A stretch of 64,000 nucleotides of DNA, from the NCBI GenBank assembly GCA_029266525.1, contig JAQSWQ010000006.1:9370-73369 (forward strand), read 5' to 3'. The notes below the pieces were generated by a model. The model made no database searches. It saw nothing but the letters and a program-made list of their open reading frames with translations, and was not told the DNA's origin. Positions 55,783-64,000 of the stretch are shown here, in pieces. The position numbers and the translations under genes were made by a program. The DNA comes from Microvirga sp. Its GTDB lineage: Bacteria; Pseudomonadota; Alphaproteobacteria; Rhizobiales; Beijerinckiaceae. The first letter of the stretch is position 1; each line of letters starts with the position of its first letter.

Positions 55783-56715
55783 ATGGCGAAGAACCGGAAG
55801 GTCATCATCACCTGCGCGGTGACGGGCTCGATCCACACGCCCTCGATGTCGCCGCACCTGCCGATCACGCCGCAGGAGATCGCCGACGCCGCGATCGGCG
55901 CCGCCGAGGCCGGCGCCGCGATCGTGCATCTCCATGCGAGGAAGCCTGCCGACGGCCTGCCCGACCAGAGTCCCGAGGCCTTCGCGCCCTTCCTGCAGGT
56001 GATCAAGCAGCGCTCGAGCTGCGTCGTGAACATCACGACCGGCGGCGCCCCGACCATGTCGATCGAGGAGCGGGTGCGCCCCGCGGCGACCTTCAAGCCC
56101 GAGGTCGCCTCCCTCAACATGGGCTCGATGAATTTCGGGCTGTTCCCGATGCTCGCGCGCTTCAAGGAGTTCAAATACGACTGGGAGCGGCCCTATCTCG
56201 AAGGCTCGCGCGAGCGCATCTTCAAGAACACCTTCGCCGATATCGAGTACATCCTCACGACCTGCGCCGAGAACGGCACCCGCTTCGAGATCGAGTGCTA
56301 CGACATCGGCCATCTCTACACGCTCGCCCATTTCGTGGACCGCGGCGTAGTCAAGCCGCCGCTGTTCGTGCAGAGCGTGTTCGGCATCCTCGGCGGCATT
56401 GGCCCGCATCCCGAAGACGTGGCGCACATGAAGCGAACCGCGGACAGGCTTTTCGGCGACCAGTACCGCTGGTCCGTGCTCGGCGCCGGCCGCAACCAGC
56501 TCCCGATCGCCGCAATGGCCGCCTCAATGGGCGGCAACGTCCGCGTCGGCCTCGAGGATTCTTTGTGGATCGGGGCCGGGAAGCTCGCCGAGTCGAATGC
56601 CGCGCAGGTCACCAAGGCTCGCCAGATCATCGAGGGGCTCGGCCTCGAGATCGCCTCGCCCGACGACGCCCGCGAGATCCTCGAGCTCAAGGGCGGCGAC
56701 CGCGTAAACTTTTAG
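55783..56715 (+). CDS. beta-keto acid cleavage enzyme (BKACE/DUF849, 3-keto-5-aminohexanoate cleavage enzyme family)
   Basis: 310 aa with [39 protein letters not shown], and length and motifs as I recall for DUF849. Confidence 0.85.
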   Translation: MAKNRKVIITCAVTGSIHTPSMSPHLPITPQEIADAAIGAAEAGAAIVHLHARKPADGLPDQSPEAFAPFLQVIKQRSSCVVNITTGGAPTMSIEERVRPAATFKPEVASLNMGSMNFGLFPMLARFKEFKYDWERPYLEGSRERIFKNTFADIEYILTTCAENGTRFEIECYDIGHLYTLAHFVDRGVVKPPLFVQSVFGILGGIGPHPEDVAHMKRTADRLFGDQYRWSVLGAGRNQLPIAAMAASMGGNVRVGLEDSLWIGAGKLAESNAAQVTKARQIIEGLGLEIASPDDAREILELKGGDRVNF

Positions 56716-56725
56716 GAGTCCCCTC

Positions 56726-58033
56726 ATGGCCCACTGGCTCAAGCGCGGGCGCGACGCCGCCGCGATCGCCGAGGACGACGCCCGCATCCGTGCGACGGTC
56801 GAGAACATCCTCGCCGACATCCAGGCCCGCGGCGACGACGCCGTGCGCGACCTGTCGAAGAAATTCGACGGCTGGGACCGCGACGACTACCGCCTGACCG
56901 ACAAGGAAATCCGAGACTGCCTCGGCGAGCTCTCGGCGCGCGACATCGAGGACATCAAGTTCGCGCAGGCGCAGGTGAAAAACTTCGCCGAGCATCAGCG
57001 CGCGGCGATGAAGGATGTCGAAGTCGAGACGCTGCCGGGCGTGGTGCTCGGCCACAAGAACATCCCGGTGCAGAGCGTCGGCTGCTACGTTCCGGGCGGG
57101 AAGTATCCGCTGCTCGCCTCGGCCCATATGTCGGTCATCACCGCGAAGGTCGCGGGCGTGCCGCGCATCGTCACCGCGGCGCCGCCCTTTGAGGGAAGGC
57201 CCGCGCCGGCGATCGTCGCGGCGCAGCACCTTGCCGGGGCCGACACGATCTACTGCCTCGGCGGCGTGCAGGCGGTCGGCGCGATGGCGCTCGGGACCCA
57301 AACCATCGAGCCCGTGGACATGCTGGTCGGGCCGGGCAACGCCTATGTGGCGGAGGCCAAGCGCCAGCTTTACCACCGCGTCGGCATCGACCTCTTCGCC
57401 GGCCCGACCGAGACCCTCGTCATCGCCGACGAGACGGTCGACGGCGAGCTCTGCGCGACCGACCTCCTGGGCCAGGCCGAGCACGGCCCGACTTCGCCGG
57501 CGATCCTCCTCACCAACTCCGAGAAGCTCGCCCGCAACACCATGGCCGAGGTCGAGCGCCTGCTTGCGATCCTGCCGACGGCCGAGATCGCCAAGAGGGC
57601 GTGGGCTGATTACGGCGAGGTCATCGTCTGCGACGGCGAGGAGGAGATGGTGCGCGAGGCCGACCGCATCGCCTCCGAGCATGTGCAGGTGATGACGCGC
57701 GATCCCGACTATTTCCTGCAGCGCATGACCAATTACGGCGCGCTCTTTCTCGGACCGCGCACCAATGTCAGCTTCGGCGACAAGGTCATCGGCACGAACC
57801 ATACCCTGCCGACCAGGAAGGCGGCGCGCTACACCGGCGGCCTCTGGGTCGGCAAGTTCCTCAAGACCGTCACCTACCAGCGCGTCCTGACCGACGAAGC
57901 CGCCGCCCGCATCGGCGAGGTCTGCTCGCGCCTGTGCATGCTCGAGGGCTTTGCCGGCCACGCCGAGCAGGCGAACATCCGCGTGCGGCGGTATGGGGGC
58001 CGGAACATTCCCTACGCGACCGCGGCGGAGTGA
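56726..58033 (+). CDS. histidinol dehydrogenase-family NAD-dependent dehydrogenase (paralogue in catabolic context)
   Basis: 435 aa with [28 protein letters not shown] and HTLPT. Confidence 0.85.
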   Translation: MAHWLKRGRDAAAIAEDDARIRATVENILADIQARGDDAVRDLSKKFDGWDRDDYRLTDKEIRDCLGELSARDIEDIKFAQAQVKNFAEHQRAAMKDVEVETLPGVVLGHKNIPVQSVGCYVPGGKYPLLASAHMSVITAKVAGVPRIVTAAPPFEGRPAPAIVAAQHLAGADTIYCLGGVQAVGAMALGTQTIEPVDMLVGPGNAYVAEAKRQLYHRVGIDLFAGPTETLVIADETVDGELCATDLLGQAEHGPTSPAILLTNSEKLARNTMAEVERLLAILPTAEIAKRAWADYGEVIVCDGEEEMVREADRIASEHVQVMTRDPDYFLQRMTNYGALFLGPRTNVSFGDKVIGTNHTLPTRKAARYTGGLWVGKFLKTVTYQRVLTDEAAARIGEVCSRLCMLEGFAGHAEQANIRVRRYGGRNIPYATAAE

Positions 58034-58091
58034 CCCTGTCTTGTGGGAAGACGTCGAAGGCTCGCTCGAGCCTCGCTCGACCAGGCGGCAC

Positions 58092-59507
58092 ATGGCGGCG
58101 AGAGCGTCCATCCTTGCGCTGCTGCTTCTGCTCCCGAATCCCCTGCTCATCGATCGCAGGCCGCTGGCCGGAGAGTCTCGGCTCCCATCCTCCGACTCTC
58201 CTTCGAGTCAGTCGCAGGCTGGATCTTCGGCGAAGCGCGCAGGGCTTCGCACGATCGAATTCCTGCCTCTGGGCAAGTCGAACACCGCCGCCGCGACCTA
58301 TGGCAGCCATAACCAGAAAACCGCGGTCACGCCGTCCGGCATCTTCGCGGCCTTTGTCGACGAGCTCGGAACATCAAGCGCCCGCTGGCGCCTGATGCGC
58401 ACCAATGACGAAGGTAGGACCTTCACGACCGTATGGACTGGCCGCTCGTCCTTCGGCGCCCCCGCGCTGGAGAGCGACCGCACCAACCTTTTCCTTGCCG
58501 TGCCCTCGGAGAGCTATCCGGACGGCACCTTCATCAGGATCGATCCCGAGGGCAGGCAGCCCGCTGTCCACGCCACGATCACAGGGGGAGGCGACGGCCA
58601 CTATAACCTGATCTACGACGCCCCGCGCGATCGGCTTCTTTACGCCGCCTCGGTGTACACCTTCCTTCTCGACGCAGGAGGTAGCACACTCGAGAAGGTT
58701 CAGCTTTTCCCCTTTCCCAGCCCGGGCGAGCGGCTCGCGGAGATCGCGCATTATCCATTGCTGGCGCGGGATGCAGGCCTGATCGCACTTGCGAACACGA
58801 CGACGCCGTATCCCGGCTGGACCGGACCGGACGGACGGCCGAACAACTGCTATCCTTCGTTCGGCCTGTTGCTCAGTACCGATGGCGGCCGATCCTGGGA
58901 GGATCCGCGGAGCGGCCGGCGGCTACAACTCCCGATCGACGCCGGACAGAACGGCCCGTCCTATCATCCTCTCGAGCGTGCGGTGACGGAGATCGGCGAG
59001 CGCTGCATGCACAACTGGCTGTCTGGATTCCTGTACAAATCCGGCCGAATCCTCATGGGACTTCGGAGCTACGACAAATCGGGCCCCCACGGCGCGAGCC
59101 TCCAGCCGATACCCGACGCGATCAGGTTCTTGAGCTTCGATGTGGTTGCGCGAACTCTCGATCTCCCAAAGAAACAGGCGCAACTGAGAGGGCAGGAGCT
59201 GGCCGTCGGTTCCTCGCAGATCTTCTTCACATCGGGAGAACGGCCCGACGATCCAGTCTATGTGATCTCGGCCGAGGTAGTCTCCGGGGGTGCCCGGATG
59301 ATCGTTCTGGTCAGTCACGATCTCGGCGACACGTGGCACGATTATGCGGCCTCCGAGGTCGTGCCTGACGGATATGCCGACTCGTTCTACGGCCTTTCCG
59401 CGACGCGCCGGCCCGCGCCGGACGGAAGCCTCTATGGGACTTTCACCCTGGTGAGCCCGGCCGCGGATGGACCTCGCGAGGTTTTCTTTTTCCGAGTAAG
59501 GCCATAG
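58092..59507 (+). CDS. secreted hypothetical protein with Asp-box (BNR) motifs, sialidase-like propeller candidate
   Basis: ATG 58092, in frame with the 57951..59507 ORF, giving 471 aa with a signal-like N-terminus (MAARASILALLLLLPNPLL). The Asp-box-like motifs are STDGGRSW, SHDLGDTW and TNDEGRTF. The region is lower in GC than its neighbours. Confidence 0.6.
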   Translation: MAARASILALLLLLPNPLLIDRRPLAGESRLPSSDSPSSQSQAGSSAKRAGLRTIEFLPLGKSNTAAATYGSHNQKTAVTPSGIFAAFVDELGTSSARWRLMRTNDEGRTFTTVWTGRSSFGAPALESDRTNLFLAVPSESYPDGTFIRIDPEGRQPAVHATITGGGDGHYNLIYDAPRDRLLYAASVYTFLLDAGGSTLEKVQLFPFPSPGERLAEIAHYPLLARDAGLIALANTTTPYPGWTGPDGRPNNCYPSFGLLLSTDGGRSWEDPRSGRRLQLPIDAGQNGPSYHPLERAVTEIGERCMHNWLSGFLYKSGRILMGLRSYDKSGPHGASLQPIPDAIRFLSFDVVARTLDLPKKQAQLRGQELAVGSSQIFFTSGERPDDPVYVISAEVVSGGARMIVLVSHDLGDTWHDYAASEVVPDGYADSFYGLSATRRPAPDGSLYGTFTLVSPAADGPREVFFFRVRP

Positions 59508-59579
59508 GGCATTCCACGCCGCCGCAGCACCGCGATGGGCTTCCGGCGACCTGGAGGGACGGACGCGACCGGAGGGACC

Positions 59580-60344
59580 ATGCATCTCCCCACCACCCCC
59601 TCCTTCCGGCTCGACGGCAAGCGCGCGCTCGTCACCGGCGCCGGCCGCGGCATCGGCTTGGCCGCGGCGGCGGCCTTCGCGGATGCCGGCGCGCATGTGA
59701 CCCTTGTCGCACGCTCACAGGGCGAGATCGACGAGGCGGCGGATGCCATCCGGGCGGCAGGCGGCTCGGCCGATGCGCAGGCTTGCGACGTGACCGACCT
59801 CGACGCCTTCGCGAAGCTCGTCGGCAAGGCCGATGCTTACGAGGTGTTCTTCAACAATGCCGGCATGAACCGGCCGCAGCCCTTCGCCGAGGTCACGGTC
59901 GAGAACTACGACACCATCATGAACCTCAACCTCCGCGCTGCCTTCTTCGCAGCCCAGGCCGTGGCGCGGCGGCTGATCGCTACACAGAGGGGCGGCTCGA
60001 TCATCAACACCTCCTCGCAGATGGGGCATGTCGGCGCGGCCGGCCGCTCCGTCTACAACGCCTCGAAATTCGCTGTCGAAGGCTTCACCAAGGCGATGGC
60101 GATCGAGCTCGGACCCCACAACATCCGCGTCAACACCGTCTGCCCGACTTTCATCGAGACGCCGATGACCAGGCCCTTCCTCAAGGACGAGAGCTTCATG
60201 AGAAGCGTCGTGTCGAAGATCAAGCTCGGGCGCCTCGGCCAGGTCGAGGACGTCATGGGCGCGGTGCTCTTCCTCGCCTCCGATGCCTCGGCGCTGATGA
60301 CGGGCTCGGCCCTCATGGTCGACGGCGGCTGGACCGCGGAGTGA
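59580..60344 (+). CDS. SDR-family oxidoreductase
   Basis: ATG 59580 with GGAGGGA upstream, giving 254 aa. It has VTGAGRGIGLAAA and YNASKFA. Confidence 0.85.
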   Translation: MHLPTTPSFRLDGKRALVTGAGRGIGLAAAAAFADAGAHVTLVARSQGEIDEAADAIRAAGGSADAQACDVTDLDAFAKLVGKADAYEVFFNNAGMNRPQPFAEVTVENYDTIMNLNLRAAFFAAQAVARRLIATQRGGSIINTSSQMGHVGAAGRSVYNASKFAVEGFTKAMAIELGPHNIRVNTVCPTFIETPMTRPFLKDESFMRSVVSKIKLGRLGQVEDVMGAVLFLASDASALMTGSALMVDGGWTAE

Positions 60345-60349
60345 AGCCG

Positions 60350-61810
60350 ATGGGCGAGGCAGGCTCGATCGCGCAGGCCACCGACATCACGGCGCTCGAC
60401 GCCTGCGCGCTAGCCAAGGTGATCCGCGCCGGACAAGTCTCCTGCGTCGAGGTGATGACTGCGTATCTCGACCGCATCGAGCGCCTCAACCCGAAGGTCA
60501 ACGCGATCGTCTCGCTCCAGGATCGTGGCGATCTTATGCGCCAGGCCCGCGAGCGCGACGAGGAGCTCGCGCGCGGCCAGTACCGCGGCTGGATGCACGG
60601 CTTCCCGCAGGCCATCAAGGACCTCGCCGCGACCAAGGGCATCCGCACGACGCACGGCACGCCGTTCCTGAAAGACTTCGTGCCGGAGGCCGACGCGATC
60701 TTCGTCGAGCGCATGAAGCAGGCCGGGGCCATCATCATCGGCAAGACCAACACGCCCGAGATGGGCCTCGGCTCGCATACCTACAACAGCGTCTTCGGTA
60801 CAACCTTCAACGCCTATGACCAGTCGAGGACCGCGGGCGGCTCGAGCGGCGGGGCCGCGGTCGCTCTGGCGCTCCGCATGCTGCCGGTCGCCGACGGCAG
60901 CGACCATGGCGGCTCGCTGCGCAACCCCGCCGCCTTCAACAACGTGCTCGGCTTACGGACGAGCTACGGCCGCGTGCCGGCGAACGCCGAGGAGGTCTTC
61001 CTGCCGGGCTTGGGGGTCGCCGGGCCGATGGCCCGCAACGTGGCGGATCTCGCGCGGCTCCTCTCGGTGCAGGCCGGCTATGACCCGCGCGTGCCCCTCT
61101 CGATCCGCGAGGATCCCGCAATGTTCGCCGCGCCGCTGAAAGGCGAGGTCAAAGGCAAGCGCCTAGCCTGGTTCGGCGATCTCGGCGGTCACCTGCCGAT
61201 GGAGCCCGGCATCCTCGATCTCTGCCGGGGCGCGCTCCGCGTCTTTGAGGAGCTCGGCTGCCACGTCGAGGAGGCGGTGCCGGATTTCGATCCTGAGCGC
61301 ATCTGGCAGGCTTGGCTGCCCTTGCGCCACTGGCAGGTCGGAGCGGTCTGGGCCGCAGCCTATGCCGATCCCGCGAAGCGCGCGCTGATGAAACCCGAGG
61401 CGCGGTGGGAGATCGAGAACGGCTTCAAGCTCTCGGCCTATGACATCCACCGGGCCTCGGCCGTGCGCACGGCCTGGTACCAGACCGTGCGCCGCCTGTT
61501 CGAGGATTATGATTTCTGGCTTCTGCCGAGTGCGCAGGTCTTTCCTTTCGACGCTTCGCGCGACTGGCCGAAGGAGATTGCAGGGCGAGCGATGGACACC
61601 TACCACCGCTGGATGCAGGTGGTGATCCCGGCGACGATGTCCGGCTGCCCCGCGGTCAGCATCCCGGTCGGCTTCGGCCCGAACGGGCTGCCGATGGGCA
61701 TGCAGATCGTCGGCTCGAACCACGGCGAGCGCGCGATCCTCGAGCTCGCCTACGCCTACGAGCAAGCGACGGGCTGGGTCGAGAAGCGCCCGCCGCCGCT
61801 CGCGGGGTGA
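60350..61810 (+). CDS. amidase-signature (AS) family amidase
   Basis: ATG 60350, in frame with the 59783..61810 ORF, giving 486 aa. It has the AS motif GGSSGGAAVALA...DGSDHGGSLRNPA. Confidence 0.9.
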   Translation: MGEAGSIAQATDITALDACALAKVIRAGQVSCVEVMTAYLDRIERLNPKVNAIVSLQDRGDLMRQARERDEELARGQYRGWMHGFPQAIKDLAATKGIRTTHGTPFLKDFVPEADAIFVERMKQAGAIIIGKTNTPEMGLGSHTYNSVFGTTFNAYDQSRTAGGSSGGAAVALALRMLPVADGSDHGGSLRNPAAFNNVLGLRTSYGRVPANAEEVFLPGLGVAGPMARNVADLARLLSVQAGYDPRVPLSIREDPAMFAAPLKGEVKGKRLAWFGDLGGHLPMEPGILDLCRGALRVFEELGCHVEEAVPDFDPERIWQAWLPLRHWQVGAVWAAAYADPAKRALMKPEARWEIENGFKLSAYDIHRASAVRTAWYQTVRRLFEDYDFWLLPSAQVFPFDASRDWPKEIAGRAMDTYHRWMQVVIPATMSGCPAVSIPVGFGPNGLPMGMQIVGSNHGERAILELAYAYEQATGWVEKRPPPLAG

Positions 61811-61817
61811 GGCTCCT

Positions 61818-62981
61818 ATGAACCTGCACGCCGGCGTTTCCGAGACGCGCTCGCCCTTCTTCTCGCCCGAGCACGAGCTCTTGCGCGACCAGGTCCGGCG
61901 CTTCGTCGAGGAGGAGATCAAGCCTCACGCGGACGCCTGGGAGGAGGCCGGCTTCGTGCCGCGCGAGGTGCTCAAGCGCATGGGCGCGCTCGGCTTGTTC
62001 GGCATCCGCTACCCGGCCGAGTACGGCGGCTCGGAGATGGACGCGCTCGCGACCGTGGTCCTCGCCGAGGAGTTCGGGCGCTCGACTTACGGCGGCGTCG
62101 CCATCACCGCCCTAGTTCATACCGACATGGCCTCGGTCCACGTCTTCAACGGCGGCTCCGAAGCCCAGCGGGCGCGCTGGATGCCGCGGATCGTGTCGGG
62201 CGAGATCATCACCGCCGTTGCCGTGACCGAGCCGGAGGCGGGCTCCGACGTGAAGGGCATCCGCACGACGGCCCGGCGGGATGGCGATGCATACGTCCTC
62301 AACGGGACCAAGCTCTTCATCACCAACGGCGTGCACGCCGATCTCTACTGCGTGGCGGCCAAGACCGGCGGCGACGGATCGCGCTCGATCACCATGTTCC
62401 TGGTCGAGAAGGGCACGCCGGGGTTCCGGGTCGGCCGCGCCCTCGACAAGCATGGCTGGCGAGCCTCCGACACCGCCGAGCTCGTCTTCGAGGAGTGCCG
62501 CGTGCCAGTCGAGAACGTGCTCGGTGAGGAGAGCCGGGGCTTCTACGCGATCATGCGCAACTTCCAGAACGAGCGCCTCGTCATCGGCGCCATGGCGATG
62601 GGGGAAGCCCAGGCCGCGCTCGAGATCACGCTCGGCTGGGTGCGCTCGCGACGGGCCTTCGGCGCGACCTTGTGGGACAAGCAGGCGACGCGGCAGAAGC
62701 TCGCCATGCTCGCCGCGAAGGTCGAGGCCGGCCGGCAGCTGGTCTATGCGACGGCATGGCGCGTCGCCCGCGGCGAGGACTGCACGCGCGAGGTCTCGAT
62801 GGTGAAGGCCTATTGCGGCGAGCTCGTCAACGAGGTCATCTACGGCTGCGTCCAATGCCATGGCGCCATGGGCTTCATGCGCGGCACCGCGATCGAGCGC
62901 ATGGCCCGCGACGCCCGCGTCCAGGCGATCGGCGGCGGCGCGACCGAGGTGATGCTGGACGAGATCGCGAAGCGGCTTTGA
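61818..62981 (+). CDS. acyl-CoA dehydrogenase
   Basis: 387 aa with AVTEPEAGSD, canonical ACAD length, and C-terminal IGGGATEVMLDEIAK. Confidence 0.9.
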   Translation: MNLHAGVSETRSPFFSPEHELLRDQVRRFVEEEIKPHADAWEEAGFVPREVLKRMGALGLFGIRYPAEYGGSEMDALATVVLAEEFGRSTYGGVAITALVHTDMASVHVFNGGSEAQRARWMPRIVSGEIITAVAVTEPEAGSDVKGIRTTARRDGDAYVLNGTKLFITNGVHADLYCVAAKTGGDGSRSITMFLVEKGTPGFRVGRALDKHGWRASDTAELVFEECRVPVENVLGEESRGFYAIMRNFQNERLVIGAMAMGEAQAALEITLGWVRSRRAFGATLWDKQATRQKLAMLAAKVEAGRQLVYATAWRVARGEDCTREVSMVKAYCGELVNEVIYGCVQCHGAMGFMRGTAIERMARDARVQAIGGGATEVMLDEIAKRL

Positions 62982-62982
62982 G

Positions 62983-63720
62983 TCAGGCGCTCGCACTCAT
63001 CATCTTGAGAAGCGCGAGCGCGTTCGGGGCGGCCGCGCCATGCGCGGTATTGTCGAAGATGCACCAGACCTCCGCGCCGGTCTCGGCGTGTCGCCGCAGC
63101 CTGCCTGCAAGCGCCTCCAGGTAGGGCTCCTCGTAGGACGAGAAATAGACGCGCGGCGAGCCGTGCAGGCGCATATAGACAAGGCTTGGCGAGCCACCCG
63201 GCGCGTCCGCGCTCTCAGCCCGGGCCGGGTCGGCCGCGACCCGGGAAATGCCGTGCGCCCGCAAGAGGCCGTCCGCCGGCTCAGCGAACCATCTCGCATG
63301 CCGCGGCTCCAACGCGACAGGCCCGGCGAAGCGGCCCCGCGCCATACCGAAAAACGCGTCCGCGACCGAGAGGTCGAAGGCGAGGCTTGGGGGCAGCTGG
63401 ATCAGCAGCGGGCCGAGCCTCGTGCCGAGCGGGGCGACCTCCGCGAGGAAACCTTCGAACGGTTCCACGGCGTCGACCAGCCGCCGCTCGTGGGTGATGT
63501 TCCGCGAGACCTTGGCGCAGAACCGGAAGTCGGGCGGAACCGTCTCGGCCCAGCGGGCATAGGTCGCAGGCCGGTGGGGACGGTGAAAGCTCGAGTTGAT
63601 CTCAGCGACGTCGAATCGGCGGCTGTAGCGGGAGAGATGCCCGCCTTCGCCAGGAAAATCTGGCGACACGGCACTCGGGATCGTCCAACCGGCCGTGCCG
63701 ATCCTGACGCTCTGCGCCAC
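62983..63720 (-). CDS. DUF72 family protein
   Basis: I propose GTG 63720, 5 nt after the upstream TAA, giving 245 aa (VAQSVRIGTAGWTIP...). The IGTAGW start motif and FHRPH are typical of DUF72. The longer ORF to 63888 would overlap the kinase gene. Confidence 0.7.
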   Translation of the reverse strand: MAQSVRIGTAGWTIPSAVSPDFPGEGGHLSRYSRRFDVAEINSSFHRPHRPATYARWAETVPPDFRFCAKVSRNITHERRLVDAVEPFEGFLAEVAPLGTRLGPLLIQLPPSLAFDLSVADAFFGMARGRFAGPVALEPRHARWFAEPADGLLRAHGISRVAADPARAESADAPGGSPSLVYMRLHGSPRVYFSSYEEPYLEALAGRLRRHAETGAEVWCIFDNTAHGAAAPNALALLKMMSASA

Positions 63721-63725
63721 GATGC

Positions 63726-64000
63726 TTAGCCGGCGATCGCCCGTTCCGCGGCATCGACGCGGTGCTTCTCGCGGAAGCGTTCCTGCGCGGCGGCAATGTC
63801 GGACAAGGTCGGGAGGCTCGCCTCGTTGCCGAGATGCTGGATCGAGTGCGTCGAGGCGCCGCGCGCGAAAACGAAATGCTCGGCCCAAGGCGCGTCCGGC
63901 CGGGCAAGATAGGCATAGACATAGGCGCCGTGGAAGATGTCGCCGGCGCCGTTGGTGTCGAGAACGAGCTCCGCCGGCACGTCGAGCGCCGGCAGGAAGC
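63726..64000 (-). CDS. PfkB-family sugar kinase, C-terminal part (gene continues beyond the window)
   Basis: It has the DTNGAGDIFHGAY ATP-binding/anion-hole motif. The frame is open to the window edge. Confidence 0.7.
   Translation of the reverse strand, partial: FLPALDVPAELVLDTNGAGDIFHGAYVYAYLARPDAPWAEHFVFARGASTHSIQHLGNEASLPTLSDIAAAQERFREKHRVDAAERAIAG

Noticed and set aside
57951-58091. Upstream part of the 518-aa ORF overlapping the end of the HisD-like gene.
   Set aside because: It overlaps a well-supported gene by 83 nt and its translation is Arg/Pro-rich. The ATG at 58092 yields a signal-peptide-like N-terminus.

Overview
This is a high-GC chromosomal segment (about two-thirds G+C by eye) from an alphaproteobacterium, most likely Hyphomicrobiales/Rhizobiales. 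Supporting that placement: an acpXL-to-lpxXL very-long-chain-fatty-acid lipid A cluster, GapR, DUF1036/DUF1223/DUF1244 genes and dense GTCAT...ATGAC intergenic palindromes. I count about 60 protein-coding genes and saw no rRNA, tRNA or CRISPR. Main blocks: (1) 1.3-9.6 kb, a minus-strand fatty/dicarboxylic-acid beta-oxidation operon with three acyl-CoA dehydrogenases, an acyl-CoA ligase and a bifunctional hydratase/dehydrogenase. (2) 10-22 kb, a housekeeping mix: pyruvate kinase, glycerate kinase, GapR, a KDPG-type aldolase, an IlvD/Edd dehydratase and gamma-glutamyltransferase. (3) 22.2-25.4 kb, a lower-GC LysR-linked four-gene operon of unknown function. (4) 27-35 kb, the lipid A VLCFA cluster. 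(5) Two LivHMGF-type ABC uptake systems (35.8-40.8 kb and 48.7-54.7 kb), each followed by catabolic enzymes; the second lies in a 46-63 kb catabolic island (BKACE, amidase, M20 amidohydrolase, SDRs, HisD-like, ACAD). Most notable observations: a GIY-YIG nuclease gene sits inside hairpin-ended inverted repeats, and a cargo-less 141-bp twin of that element is also in the window. At least eleven palindromic repeat elements are confined to intergenic gaps, including every gap of the beta-oxidation operon. A roughly 580-nt hairpin-rich untranslated leader carries a GNRA-hairpin motif at 204/205-bp spacing behind a near-consensus promoter. Two genes are disrupted: a G7 frameshift in a patatin-like lipase and an in-frame TAG in a 3-hydroxyacyl-CoA-dehydrogenase-family gene. 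A seven-repeat propeller-like ORF sits inside an ABC operon next to a triple-fused LivM-LivG-LivF polypeptide. All calls come from reading the translations and sequence by eye. No database search was possible, so family names are recollection-based and start codons are best guesses.
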